Assembly: GCA_965649765.1 (NCBI GenBank)
Contig: OZ287757.1
Span: 30,504,001 to 30,568,000 of the forward strand
Source of the DNA: Bispira polyomma
Taxonomy: Eukaryota
DNA length: 64,000 nucleotides
Direction of reading: 5' to 3'
In this document: positions 22,425-33,998 of the stretch, piece by piece
Layout of the letters: the number at the start of each line of letters is the position of its first letter
Numbering within the stretch: the first letter of the stretch is position 1
The notes under the pieces: generated by a model
Database searches by the model: none
What the model was told of the DNA's origin: nothing
Seen by the model: only the letters and a program-made list of their open reading frames with translations
Made by a program: the position numbers and the translations under genes

Positions 22425-23554
22425 GAAAATTTTTTTATTTCATTTTCATCTATCCAAGTATCAAATTTAGGTCCCCAACCTTTCCAACGAACAAGTAGGC
22501 TTATTTTACCTTTAATTTTTTTTTCTGAACTATCTTTTCTATATCATACTGAGTGTCTTGACTTACATTAACCTTTTGAAGTTCAGAGGTAGAAAACTTA
22601 TCAATTATAGGCTCGTTATGGAAATCTTTTACTTCATATTTCTGAATACCTTGATTTAAGTCTCTTGTGGATATAATGAATAATTCGTCAGTCCATTTTT
22701 GATCTGATTCTTTGTTATAGACACTTTGTAGTTTTCTCAAGCGAACAATATCACCTATTTTGAACTTGTATAAAGGGGTATTTCTTTGTGATTTAGGTAA
22801 AGTGGTTTTTTTTCTTGAATTTGAGTATTTTAGGTAGTTTTTTTTCATACTGGATTTTCCATAAAATAGGGTTTGCAACTTCAAGAGCTTCTTTAGGAGA
22901 CATATTAATTGTACTATGATATGTTTTATTATAACTATCAGTTAAGTTTTGTAAAACATCAATCCATTTCCTAGTTTTGTTATATTCCATATATCTAGCT
23001 ATTTTCATTTTTAAGGTACGAATAACTCGTTCCGCATAATTAGCTTTGGAGTGTTCTGAAGTTACAATGTGTTTCACATTATTTTCTTTGATGAATTTAT
23101 CACCTAATCCTAAGTACTCTGTCCCACGGTCGCTTCTCAGGACTAATGGTTTGTTTTCTTTAAAAACAAGTTTCAACGCATCCACCATTTCTTTTGAAGT
23201 CAATGTTTTAAGTGGTACCGTGTACAAATAATGAGATAAAATATCTATAAACACGGCTATGTATTTGTAACCTTCGTTTTGTGAAGCAAACTTTTCATAA
23301 TGGGCTGTATCTGTGTCTTGCATATAGCCCTTAAAGGGTACTATAACTTTTGGTCTCTTGAATTTTCTGATAACTTTCCTATATAGAGTGTAGCTATTTT
23401 GTTTACTTAACCAATTTTGAATAAATCCTTTAGAAATATCAGACCTTTCCTTTTTAACTAAATTATAAAACTTTTGTAACCCTGCAAACGAACTTGGGTT
23501 TTATGGATTAAAATACATTTTTTGCAGATAATCTTCTTTCTCAGAATCACCCAT
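22421..23554 (-). pseudogene. Retroviral-like (rve) integrase with C-terminal chromodomain; disrupted
   Basis: Starts MGDSEKEDYLQKMYFNP*NPSSFAG (stop at 23501-23503). DDE residues in QDTD, SDRGTE and AERVIRTLK. Frameshifts near A-runs at ~22840 and ~22520. Ends LVRWKGWGPKFDTWIDE. Confidence 0.95.
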
Positions 23555-23560
23555 ATTGCT

Positions 23561-23839
23561 TCAGTAATTAGTCCAACTATTCTTCCAATTGTTTTTGTTT
23601 AAGGGTTTTGTTTCAGTTAAAAGTCTGTTTGTGTTTGGTTTTCCAGGTGGAGGTGGAGATAGCGGTTCAATTGTGGATTTATTTAAATCTTTTGTTTCAG
23701 AATGTTGAGAAATTTCACTGTGTATGTTTTCATTCTGCGTGTCTTCAATTTCAGTTTTCAAGTCTTTGTTTAAACTACCTTCGTTTTTTGATAATAAACG
23801 AGTATATTTATCATGAGGTATAAGAACCATTTTTTTCAT
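23561..23839 (-). CDS. Small Polinton hypothetical protein (KKMVLIP N-terminus, Pro-rich, Trp-containing C-terminus)
   Basis: Intact ORF, ATGA-overlapping the upstream ORF, in the usual slot between ATPase and integrase. Confidence 0.65.
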   Translation of the reverse strand: MKKMVLIPHDKYTRLLSKNEGSLNKDLKTEIEDTQNENIHSEISQHSETKDLNKSTIEPLSPPPPGKPNTNRLLTETKPLNKNNWKNSWTNY

Positions 23840-24159
23840 TTTATTAACGTTAACAGCTGCTTTTTAAACTCAGCCAAAAGTTTCAAAATACTCAGTTTAC
23901 GCAAAGAAATGAATTTCTGTTTTTTAATGGTTTTAATATTTCTGCTGGCTAATTTTTTCAATAACGCCTTCTTCTTGTTAACAATGTTTCTATATTTAGT
24001 TGATAATGGAATATTCAACAAATTATGACTTATTTCACTTATAACATTAACTTGTTCAGGAGAAATTGTATCTAACAAAGCTTTTGTTTGGTTAATAGGT
24101 GAAGTTAACACTAAAATAATATATTCTTTATGTTTTCTAACATAAGAAACCATTGTCAC
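23836..24159 (-). CDS. Small basic Polinton hypothetical protein
   Basis: Intact 107 aa; KALL...ISEISHNLLNIPLS pattern resembles small ORFs commonly found downstream of Polinton ATPases. Confidence 0.7.
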   Translation of the reverse strand: MTMVSYVRKHKEYIILVLTSPINQTKALLDTISPEQVNVISEISHNLLNIPLSTKYRNIVNKKKALLKKLASRNIKTIKKQKFISLRKLSILKLLAEFKKQLLTLIK

Positions 24160-24203
24160 TCATAATCCCCTAAGTCAACACTGAATAAAACTTCAAAACA
24201 CTG

Positions 24204-24800
24204 TCATTGATATACTATTATAGGTAATTCAGTTGGAAAAATATTAGTTCTTAATCTGTAAGCTTCGTTACTTTTAGGGGATAAATCAAGAATCAAATAA
24301 CCGTAGGGATTTGTGAGAGCGTCAATATAAGCTTGTTTCAACAAACTTTTCATACCTATTTGTTGTGATAAAATATTTACTTGTTGAAGATTTCTGGGGT
24401 TCTTTAACAAAACGGTATAAGCTGTATTCAAAGTAAGAGTTCTGGAACATTTACCTTGATAAAACAAATTTTGATTTATGTAAATAACTGTAATATTGTT
24501 GTGGTGACTTATTTGGGTAAATAACTTTTCAGCTTCTTTGCTGTTGGCTACTTCGTGTTGAAGGTCATCTAAGCATATTATATTATGATTTGAGTCAAAT
24601 ATAGTTCTTATTTTTTCCAAATTTGGCAAACCTTCCACAAATTCTATGTTTAAATTTTTTTCTATGTCATCAAATATAGGCTGCCAAACAGAATAACAAT
24701 AAAGAATTTTTGTAGGTGGATTTTCAAACATAATATCTTTTGCTTTTAACAATTTATACAACCAAGTAGTTTTACCACTACCAGTCATTCCTGATATCAT
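24204..24800 (-). CDS. A32/FtsK-like genome packaging ATPase
   Basis: Walker A GMTGSGKT, Walker B ICLDDLQ, SHHNNITVIYINQNLF, PYGYLILDL, RLRTNIFP. The frame extends upstream (EVVKFECPSTW) to an ATA at ~24836 that may be a mutated start. Confidence 0.95.
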   Translation of the reverse strand: MISGMTGSGKTTWLYKLLKAKDIMFENPPTKILYCYSVWQPIFDDIEKNLNIEFVEGLPNLEKIRTIFDSNHNIICLDDLQHEVANSKEAEKLFTQISHHNNITVIYINQNLFYQGKCSRTLTLNTAYTVLLKNPRNLQQVNILSQQIGMKSLLKQAYIDALTNPYGYLILDLSPKSNEAYRLRTNIFPTELPIIVYQ

Positions 24801-25009
24801 CCATGTTGAAGGACACTCAAATTTAACAACTTCTATGTTAACACGTGTAAACCAAAATAATTAATGAAGAGAATTACTTTATTAGGAAATAATATATATA
24901 TAACTATAAACATACAAAACCAAAACTACGATATTCATTTAATCAAGTATTTATACAAACTAAAATCACACAAATCATACCAAGGAAAAGTCTGAGCGTA
25001 TTTTAAAGT

Positions 25010-25561
25010 TTATAAACTATTCACTGTTCTTTGGTGTTCTTTATCCCAGTCTTCTGATTCGTTTTCCTTGACTTCTGAATCTTGTTCTTCTCCATCAGGC
25101 TGAGAACATAGAGGACATGAGAAAAAATCTTCTTGGTTTTGATGTGTATAGAAAATCTGGGGGTGATCTTTTTCGATTTGATTAAAAATATCCAATAACC
25201 TAAACCACTGAACGTATTTCAAAGATATACCATCCAATGTTGCTAGTTGTTGACCTCCAAATTTGAAGAATCTACGAATTTGTATACATTGAAATGGAGA
25301 CTGTAAATAAACAAAAACATCGTTTTCAAGACAAACATAAAAATTTGTTGGTTCTTTTTTATGACATAACCTAATGAGTTTGCTTGATAATTGTTCTTTA
25401 CTTTTTATCAAGTTAAAATATTTAAAATAAAGACCAGACGAGTTATTTATACACAGTTCCCTGTTGTTTTTGTGTTTCAACACTATTTTAAAATCACAAA
25501 TTGCTGATCCTCTAATTTCTACTGTCTTCTCTTCATCACTGTCGATTGTGTAGTCAGCCAT
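25010..25561 (-). CDS. PC4-like ssDNA-binding/transcription cofactor protein with CPLC motif and acidic tail
   Basis: CIQIRRFF...LATLDGISLKYVQWFRL closely parallels the PC4 consensus IDIREY...KGISLNPEQWSQL. Confidence 0.7.
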   Translation of the reverse strand: MADYTIDSDEEKTVEIRGSAICDFKIVLKHKNNRELCINNSSGLYFKYFNLIKSKEQLSSKLIRLCHKKEPTNFYVCLENDVFVYLQSPFQCIQIRRFFKFGGQQLATLDGISLKYVQWFRLLDIFNQIEKDHPQIFYTHQNQEDFFSCPLCSQPDGEEQDSEVKENESEDWDKEHQRTVNSL

Positions 25562-25573
25562 AGTTATTTTCAG

Positions 25574-26017
25574 TTAAAATCTCGGAGGATCACTTGGAAA
25601 TAAATACTGAATAAAAGCACAATTTCCTTTTGTGTGTCTTTTATGTTCGAAAAAGACGTCTTCAAAAGAATCCCATTGATGTAAAATCACCTTACACCAT
25701 GCGCATTTACAGCTGTCTCCTATTCCTGTGTAAAGAAATCCAGCTTTAGCTAATTGTTCAGGACGGACTGGGTGACATTTAGGCCATGTCTTAAAAGTTT
25801 CAATTCTCTTGTCATATTTATAAAAATATTCTTTCCCAAAGGAAAATTCTGGGCATGTATCCCTTTGACCTCCTAAAAATATAGAAGATCCTCTGCTTTC
25901 TTTCTCCCAACAAGATTTAGAAGAAGAAGCTGGTGTACAGAGTGAAAATCCACTGGTAACAGCTTTATTACAAAATAACCCGTCGCTGGTTGAGTCTGAA
26001 ACGTCTGTTCTTTCCAT
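25574..26017 (-). CDS. Single-BIR inhibitor-of-apoptosis-like protein (no RING)
   Basis: RIETFKTWP...LAKAGFLYTGIGDSCKCAWC...W......EHKRH...CAFI is a complete CCHC BIR signature. Confidence 0.95.
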   Translation of the reverse strand: MERTDVSDSTSDGLFCNKAVTSGFSLCTPASSSKSCWEKESRGSSIFLGGQRDTCPEFSFGKEYFYKYDKRIETFKTWPKCHPVRPEQLAKAGFLYTGIGDSCKCAWCKVILHQWDSFEDVFFEHKRHTKGNCAFIQYLFPSDPPRF

Positions 26018-26037
26018 GATTCTGTAAATTTATCAAT

Positions 26038-26075
<38 letters not shown>

Positions 26076-26297
26076 ATTAGAAACAAGCACAAAAAAAAAA
26101 AAATCCTAAGTATATTATTGGTTAGTTTTTAACCAATTAAATTATAGCAATTATAATTATATAATAAAATTTATTATATTCAAAATGTTGATTTTGATGC
26201 GTGATTCATTAAACCTAAATAAAGGAAAATACATATCTCAATAGACTAAAATCCTTGGGTTGCTTGTTTGTACTCATTCAACCTTTACATCTTTGTC

Positions 26298-26552
26298 TGG
26301 TCTTTATTTTAGAGTGACTGCACTCGAGTGCTTGTTTGTACTCATTCAACTTCTACCGGTGTTTATTTTAGAGTGAACAGCGTGTTGGCATGTGATTCTA
26401 CTCTTTGGGGTGGTTTATAAGATCTTCAGGGGGGCTCATCACGATTCTACTCATTGGGGTGGTTTATAAGATCTTCGGGGGGGCTTATCATGATCATGGG
26501 GGTGGCACGACTCCTCCGGGGGGTACCTCAAATCCTGCAATACGCTACTACT
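26298..26552 (-). repeat. Right terminal inverted repeat (255 bp)
   Basis: Reverse complement of 4848-5102; followed by TSD ACCCGG at 26553-26558. Confidence 0.96.
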
Positions 26553-29500
26553 ACCCGGGCTTCTCTCCACAATTTATTTGTGGGATGGTAAAGTGGTTTT
26601 TTGGGAAACAAACAGTTTATATTTAATTGGATGGAGATCTATTTTTAAATTTTAGGGGACGTTTATTATTGTTTATTATTATTATTGGCAACAAATGGTT
26701 AGTTCTTATATATAGTATTAGTTAAACAAGTGATTTAATTAAACAAAAGTCAATATTTCGGTGAATTGGTTATATCTCTTCTTTATGAACTTTCGGGGGA
26801 CTCTTTGTTATGAATTATTGTGTGTAAGAAAAAAATGTAAACTCTTGTGAAGCTGAACTAAGATATGTCAGTGACAAAACTATATCATAAATTTAGATTG
26901 GTTTTGTGTCATAATTTGTGCAAATAAAGTGATCCTAGTTCACTAAAACAATAGGTCACTTAGTAGAACACATAGCTCTGCCAAGGTACCACAGTACAAA
27001 ACAGTGAAAATAAATATTCTCTGGATCTGTCCTTCTACCCGGATCCGCAACCCTAAAAGACATTAAAAGTCAATTGATGTTTGTACTTGAACAGTCTATA
27101 GAAAGGTTTAATTTAGTGCTTTGAATATCAGATGAAGGTAGATTTGTTCCGACTATCTAACTGTAAATACAATAACAAAGTCGATCTGATAATGGGCACA
27201 TTGTATAGTATATTTGTATTATATATTATTGTGACATGCTTTATTGATGTGAGTCATGTAAAGCACAAAAGCTGTATCAATGAACAATCATGTGTCACAC
27301 CTTGTTCTCCAAACATGTGTTCGATCTTACCAATGAACCTAGCATCATTAGTAGGAGTCCAACTGGTGAGCTTGAATTACCAGACACATTCACCCACTGG
27401 GAGTTAAACCAGGGACCCATTCTGAACACCAGACTGACTCCCTTACCACTCGGCCATAGGAGGCCACATGCATCTACTTTCTTACGGATAGTAAGCTTAC
27501 AGAGCTGACTTATATTCTATTTTAGTTACCAGTTAACCTTTCTATATATATGAAAATATTGTTGTATAGAGTGTCAAAAAATATTTGGGGAGAGAGCATG
27601 GATGAAGAGACAACAAAGCTGATTTTAGGTCATTTTTTAGTTGAACCATGTCTGTCTTGTGAAATTTTCAAAAGCAGTTTTTCATAAACTGTAGGTGGGT
27701 TAAAATCTAACATACAAGAGATAGCAAAATGATCACTTATGCAGCCAGAATTTACAATACTATTGATGCCATAAAAGTCTGAAGAGGTTATAAAAAAATC
27801 TAGAATATGACCATGAATATGGGTTGGAAAGGAAACATGCTGTATGATTCAAAAATGGATTTAAATTGAGAACTATAATCATCATCTGTGTCCAAATGGA
27901 TGTTGAAATCACAACATAGTATTAGTTATAGGCAAGGTTGAAAGAAAACCAACCAAGGACATAAACTTTACAAGGAATTCAGATATAGAAGAACCTGTGG
28001 GTCTGTATATAACCACAATATTCACTTGGTGATTTAACCAACAAACAGAAGCAACAAGATGCTCAAATGATACAACTGGTGGGAATTTTTAACACTTGGA
28101 AGGCATCAATTCCCTGATAAAGGAAGGACTGTCCTGGGGTCTGATGTATCTTTCAGTGAGACCAAGTATGTCGCAAGATTGACCGGACAACAAATCGGCA
28201 ATCAAAGTTGAACCTTAACATAGAAACTAAACAAGTTAAAACAATGGAATTGTTTGCTGAAACCACTCAAAGACATCACTGTTAAGCTTAGTGGCCAAAT
28301 CTATTGTATTAGTTCCATTATACCTTCCTCAATTCAAAAGTTCCTAAATGTCCACCTTTCTCACAAAGAGAATTAGTCAAAATGTATGAAGTAACCAAGT
28401 AACCCAACCCACAATATAGGTAAAGCAATAGACAAACTTGGCTACATCTAAATCTACTGAGAACCCTGACCAACCAATATTGTCAGATTTGTCTGGAGAT
28501 TCCTTAAATGCTGTCCCTGTTAAAAGGGAATGGGTTGATTACGCTGACATACCTACTGAACATAAAATAAAAAAGCTCAAAATTGGTGGATACATTGATC
28601 CTGATGATGTAATTGGTTGTGAAGTACAAATGGGGGCAAACAATCTGCCCAAGTGAGTGGACTCAGATTGAAATATACAGATATTTAACTGAACCATTGG
28701 ATATTCAGTTACTAATAACAAATTTTTTGCCAGTACCACAGTGGTGGGGTACACATGGATTGCTTTGTATACCTGCAACTTCAACACCATCAGAGAGGGT
28801 GCTCACCCCAACAGTAACATTGTTACAAAAACCATTTGAAAATTACAGTAATCCAATCATCCTTTGTTGACGTTTGTTCTCACTATGTTATTAAATTCAT
28901 GTAACTGTGTATGTAAAGTGACTACTTTTTTTGTCTGAATTCCAGAGTTTGTTTATATCATTAATTCATACAATGTTTCAAAGTGCTGAATAAATCTTGT
29001 CTTGAATTTGTGTTAAGTACCTTATGGCACATCATCAGTAGCCACTAATGACACAACTCAAAGATGGACTGCAAGAGCCCATAATAATAACAAAGCGGTA
29101 TCTTATACAGAAGTAGAAATTCACTGACTCCCCTACTCTTCCTCCAACAATGAATCCACCGCATTTTAAAAATGGCACTTCTCTTCTAATGTTTAGATTT
29201 TGGCTTGACTTTCTTGTCAAAGTAATACTTAAGACAGCAATCATGTTCATCCAAATGAATAAAAGCTTGCAAATGACACACGCATGCTGTAAAACAGATG
29301 TAGAGCCGCTATTATTCATTGGCCATTACACAAAAAAACACATTAACATAATATACCAGGTTTCCCAAATATGGTTCAGTTGACGGCACAATCTATAACA
29401 TATGTAAGGTTAGGGTAGATTAAAATTGAGAGGTTATTGACGCTGATGTGGTCACATATCTAGAAGTGGATGAATTGAAAGCTTGCTGCTTGGCTAGCAA

Positions 29501-31499
29501 TTATGGTAAATATAACCTTCTAGCAGCCATTATTCTAACATCTTTATCATTGCTCACTAAAAGCTGATTTATTCATAACATAGCACCTTACAAACCTTGC
29601 CTCTTCAGAGATGAAAACTCGTGGCTCTGGCTTCACATCAAACATAATTTAATTTTAGGGTACACTCTTTTCTCATTTTGACAACTTCAATTTAGTTTGG
29701 ATTGCAGTTTCAGCATTATTGTGATATTATTGTTGAGGATTAGTTGATTAGTATTAGGTTGAAAAGACGACCCTGTTTCTGCGATTCTGATTAGCTGACA
29801 ACACACAGCTGTGACATTTTAAAGTATCTTAACAATAACGCATGGGCTGCAAAAGTACAATATTTTGAAGGCAATTGAACTGATTAATATCAATGGCTGC
29901 ACGCATAAGGTTACATTGAGTTAATCTTTATTTATAACACGTTATTACATTTGTATGACAAAATCGGTTCGGCAATCAAATAAAATAAATAAACATTGTA
30001 TGTCATGTTCATTTTCTTTGAACCCATATTGGGCCTGGGGCAGCTCCCTGACTGGCCGATCAAGATATTCTGTCTTTAAAATGGCCTATTTTAATATATG
30101 TAATCATAATTAGAAAAAACAAGTGTTGTAACGTCTAGGTTAAACGGATAATAATGGTGAATGTTTCATTGTTATTGGAAAAGCAAGATTGATTAAATTA
30201 TCCTTACATGATGGAAAATGCGAATGGTTTTATTTGTATACTAAATAGCGACTCAGAAATAATTGCTAAAATACCCAAATATGGCCTGAGGAAGCAGTTT
30301 CTGGAAACATTAAAGAAAAAGATCTCAACCCGGAAATAAAAAAGGAGACTGTGTTGTTGTGTCTGCAGATGTGATTTTTTTACTGATGCCAAATCGTGCT
30401 ATTAATAAATTAATTTTTAGTATTGGTCATTTTTCAGTTATACAATAATATATACAAATTGTTACTGAAATTAATTTTCATGATCCCAACTGATTCGCTG
30501 AAATTAATTCCTAGTGAACATTTCTACTTGTACAGTATTCCCGACTGTCTTTTTTGTCACCCATTGTCTGTAAATAGGCTGCCCAATTTTACAATCCTAT
30601 TTAGATATAGTTTCCCTCTGAATATTTACACAAATCTACACATAACAAAATGATGATTTATACTTGAACCAGTACTGATCAATGTATTTAAGATAGTCAT
30701 TCTTTATGCCACTGTGGTATGGTGTAGACCCACCTTTTTGGTTCAAATGTGACTTCAGTCCTTGACTGCTGCTGGAAGAACATTATTCTTCTCAGTTTTA
30801 ACAATACAACCTATATGTAGGATACAGAGTATTGTTTTCATACTAGTTGAAAGAAGTTGATATTTGACACAATTGTTCTTTATGTGTGCAATGTCATGGT
30901 GTGATTTCATCTAAAGGCTGTAGGTTTTTAGAATATCAGAGACTATTCTATAGCATTGTTTGCATAAGACTGTGGCATTGGAATCTTGTTTTTAAACATC
31001 AAGATATCTGGTAGTACTAGCGTAGTTTTTGGTTTAATAATGATTGTGTGCTAGCGCTGTGCAGTTCAGTATTCAATGGTGAAGTAAAGCAATTTTTTAG
31101 GTCAATTGGTAGAAAGTAACACATTTGTTCATGTTCCAAATTTTTTGCTCTTTTTATTAACTATATATATTATATTATGACACAAAAATATATAAAATCT
31201 GTTTCATTTATGTTGTGGGTGTACAAATCGTTACAAAAAATAACTTTTTATATATTGCGTATTACATTAAGCACTATATCATAACCTATTTTATAGTATA
31301 GTGACTTACATCTAACATATGGAAATTCATGTTCACTAGAATGTTGCATGCTTATTGCTTATGCAATATAAATCTAAGTTTAATATAGTATAATTTTACA
31401 AGAACTGGCAACGATAAAATTAGGCCGTTGAGATTGTTGTATAAAATGCTCAAGGTTCTATTATAGACAAAATATGACACTTACATATTGTTTATATTT

Positions 31500-33258
31500 A
31501 CTTAATCTTCAGGACATGCTTTTTGTATTTCTCAAATAATCTGTATGGAACTAAATAGGTTAGCAGGTACATAATGCATTGCCAATGAGTACTTGTGTCT
31601 GTGCTGATACGTCTCTGTGTACTAGCGTGTACCCTACGAGTGTTAGATTTGATGTTCTGCACGAACCGCAAGGTCATAATAAACAGCATGTTGCTCTAAG
31701 AAATACTTTATTTAACAGTGTGCCAAGACCAACACATGGTGTCAGATGTAAAACTCATATTCAATCACGCAGTAAATTTATGTTTATATGTACTAATATT
31801 GAAACACTGTCCAGTACTACAGCCACACCATATCAGTCAGTGTGAGCGATAATAGATACCTGTAAGTGACTAGAGCTATATAACAAGTACAGGAGGTTCA
31901 GTAATGACATCTGAATTAAAAAATCAATTGAGACTAGCAACACTGGATAGTAGGACCAGAGACAATATTTCAGTGAAGTGGAAAAACTTTAAACAGGCAT
32001 TTCAGTTATACATGACGGCAATCGATTACGATTCTAAACCTGATGTACAAAGAGTAGCAATCCTGCTTGCATGCATTGGCAAAAATGCAAGGGAGGACTT
32101 TTCCACATTTGACTTTGGCACCACTACGGTACATGGGCATGAAGTTGCAGACTCCAAAATTCTAGAGAAGGTACTAGCCAAATTTGAGGCATTTTACGTT
32201 CCAAAATCCAACAGAACTTTGAAACGCTCAAGGTTTATCGGATGTCAGCAAGGACCGGATGAGAATATTGATGCCTTTCTCACAAGACTTAAAGTTAGGG
32301 CTGAGACTTGTGAATTTGGCGCAATAAGGGAATCCATGGCGTGCGATAAATTAGTCTGTGGTGTCAAAGACCTGCAGTTAAGAGAGAAACTGTATTCCAA
32401 GGCAGATTTATCACTTTCAGATGCAGTGAGTTACGCTAAGGCAGCTGAATACGTGGAAGAACACAAATCGGCTATAACAGGCGAACCATCCATAAACCTT
32501 GTGAAAAAAGACAATACGGCACAGAAACCTATGAGCAAATGCAGGTACTGCTGTGACCGCCACATATTCGTCAAAGAAAAGTGCCCTGCTTTCGGTAAGC
32601 AATGCTGTAAATGTGGACAGACAAATCACTTTGCATCTGTATGTAAATCCAAGACACGGCCTCAAAAAGGTAGAAAACACATAAAAATGGTCGAGGTGGA
32701 CAATGAATCTGATTACTCCAGTGATGATAGTAAGTTTCACGGAAGTTTGACTGTAGAGTCGATCGCGAGAACTCAAAGGATTGGGTAGTCTCACTAATTG
32801 TGCACAATACAATATTACCTATGAAACTAGATACAGGGGCACCGGCCAATGTCATCAGCAAATCTGACTTCAATAACAATGACAAAAGGCCAAAATTACA
32901 TCATACCATACAGAAATTGAAAGGATATAATGGGAAAGAGATCAAGGTATATGGCAAAACCGTTCTAGAGGTGAAATGTAAAGGTAAACACCACAAGCGA
33001 CTGTTTTATGTAGTAGATGGTACAGACAAGACACTTTTCTCTAAAGACGCATGTGTAAAATTAGACCTGGTTAGATTACTATACCAAGCAGGTGGAAACT
33101 ACCAATGGGTATATCAGGAATGCAAAGACATGTTTGATGGAAAACTAGGTGAATTACAAGGAGAGTTTGATGGAAAACTAGGTGAATTACAAGGAGAGTA
33201 TAAAATAGAGCTACAAGAAGATGCAGAGCCTGTAGTTCACACCATGTTATTCTCATGA
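31500..33258 (+). mobile_element. Truncated Ty3/Gypsy element: LTR 3' end, PBS, gag, aspartic protease; ends before RT
   Basis: AATAAA at 31678, then ...ACA|TGGTGTCAGA PBS-like sequence at 31738. Gag (31904-32788) has two CCHC-type knuckles; protease LDTGA in 32800-33258. The left LTR boundary is not resolved. Confidence 0.9.
31904..32788 (+). CDS. Gypsy gag
   Basis: WKNFKQAFQLY, QGPDENIDAFLTRLK..AETCEFG, DKLVCGVKD..LREKL, CCKCGQTNHFASVC. Confidence 0.88.
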   Translation: MTSELKNQLRLATLDSRTRDNISVKWKNFKQAFQLYMTAIDYDSKPDVQRVAILLACIGKNAREDFSTFDFGTTTVHGHEVADSKILEKVLAKFEAFYVPKSNRTLKRSRFIGCQQGPDENIDAFLTRLKVRAETCEFGAIRESMACDKLVCGVKDLQLREKLYSKADLSLSDAVSYAKAAEYVEEHKSAITGEPSINLVKKDNTAQKPMSKCRYCCDRHIFVKEKCPAFGKQCCKCGQTNHFASVCKSKTRPQKGRKHIKMVEVDNESDYSSDDSKFHGSLTVESIARTQRIG

Positions 33259-33621
33259 GAGTGTGACATGGGAAGTCATCATTTTAATGACCGTAAAAAT
33301 ACTACAAGAAAAGAATTTGCTTCCACTTTAAATATAAGTGTTACTAGCACTGTAAATTATAGTAAAATACAAACCCAGCAATGGGTATCACATAAGAGCA
33401 TTCATCTAGCTAGTTTTAATAACATAAGTCTAATATCTATGCCATCTAAGGTGAGAGCAATAGAAAGGCACCAGTAATTTTATTGAAATATCACACAACT
33501 TAACCTAACAGCTCACATATCATTCAGAAATCATTATCTTGTCAGTGGGACTAAAGGTGTTTTAAGCATAAACATCACTAAGAAAAATAATTAAGTAACA
33601 TATAATTACCCTGATGCTTAA

Positions 33622-33998
33622 GTGAGTGTTTCCATGCAGGCAATTTTCCGAGGTGACCAGCCGACGGCAATTCTTTCCATGTGAACAATGTCAGGCAATT
33701 TGTTTTGGTACCAGGAGCGGAAAAAAGCCTAGCATCGCCCGTCGCTATGTAAACATTGCCGATTCCTTATTAATGACTCAGGAATTACAGAAGATAAAAC
33801 TTTGGTCAGAAAGCTTATTTTATTGGATTTATTGTGCTTTTTGTTGCTTCAAAATCGGTTGAGAAATCGCTAAAATATTTAAGTTTAACTGTAAGTATCC
33901 ATTTTTGTTAAAAAATTCTATGGACACATAAAAATTACCGATTGCCTGTCAAACGCTGGCTTATCGCAGTCGCTAATTGCCGACATGGAAACGTACAC
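33622..33998. mobile_element. MITE, PIF/Harbinger-like
   Basis: Imperfect 24-bp TIRs (GTGAGTGTTTCCATGCAGGCAATT / AATTGCCGACATGGAAACGTACAC) flanked by TAA on both sides. Confidence 0.65.

Larger units (their letters stand above)
4848..26552. mobile_element. Full-length Polinton/Maverick (adintovirus-like endogenous dsDNA virus), 21,705 bp
   Basis: 255-bp TIRs with AGTAGTAG...CTACTACT termini; 6-bp TSD ACCCGG at 4842-4847 and 26553-26558; PolB, protease, MCP, penton, integrase and ATPase all present. Confidence 0.98.

Noticed and set aside
26041-26073. Poly(T) run as a retrocopy tail of the BIR gene
   Set aside because: On the BIR coding strand the A-tract lies upstream of the ATG, not at the 3' end.
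27590-29020. Possible highly decayed DIRS- or LTR-type retroelement ending near AATAAA at ~28989
   Set aside because: Only vague RT-like traces; no motif or terminal repeat I could confirm by eye.
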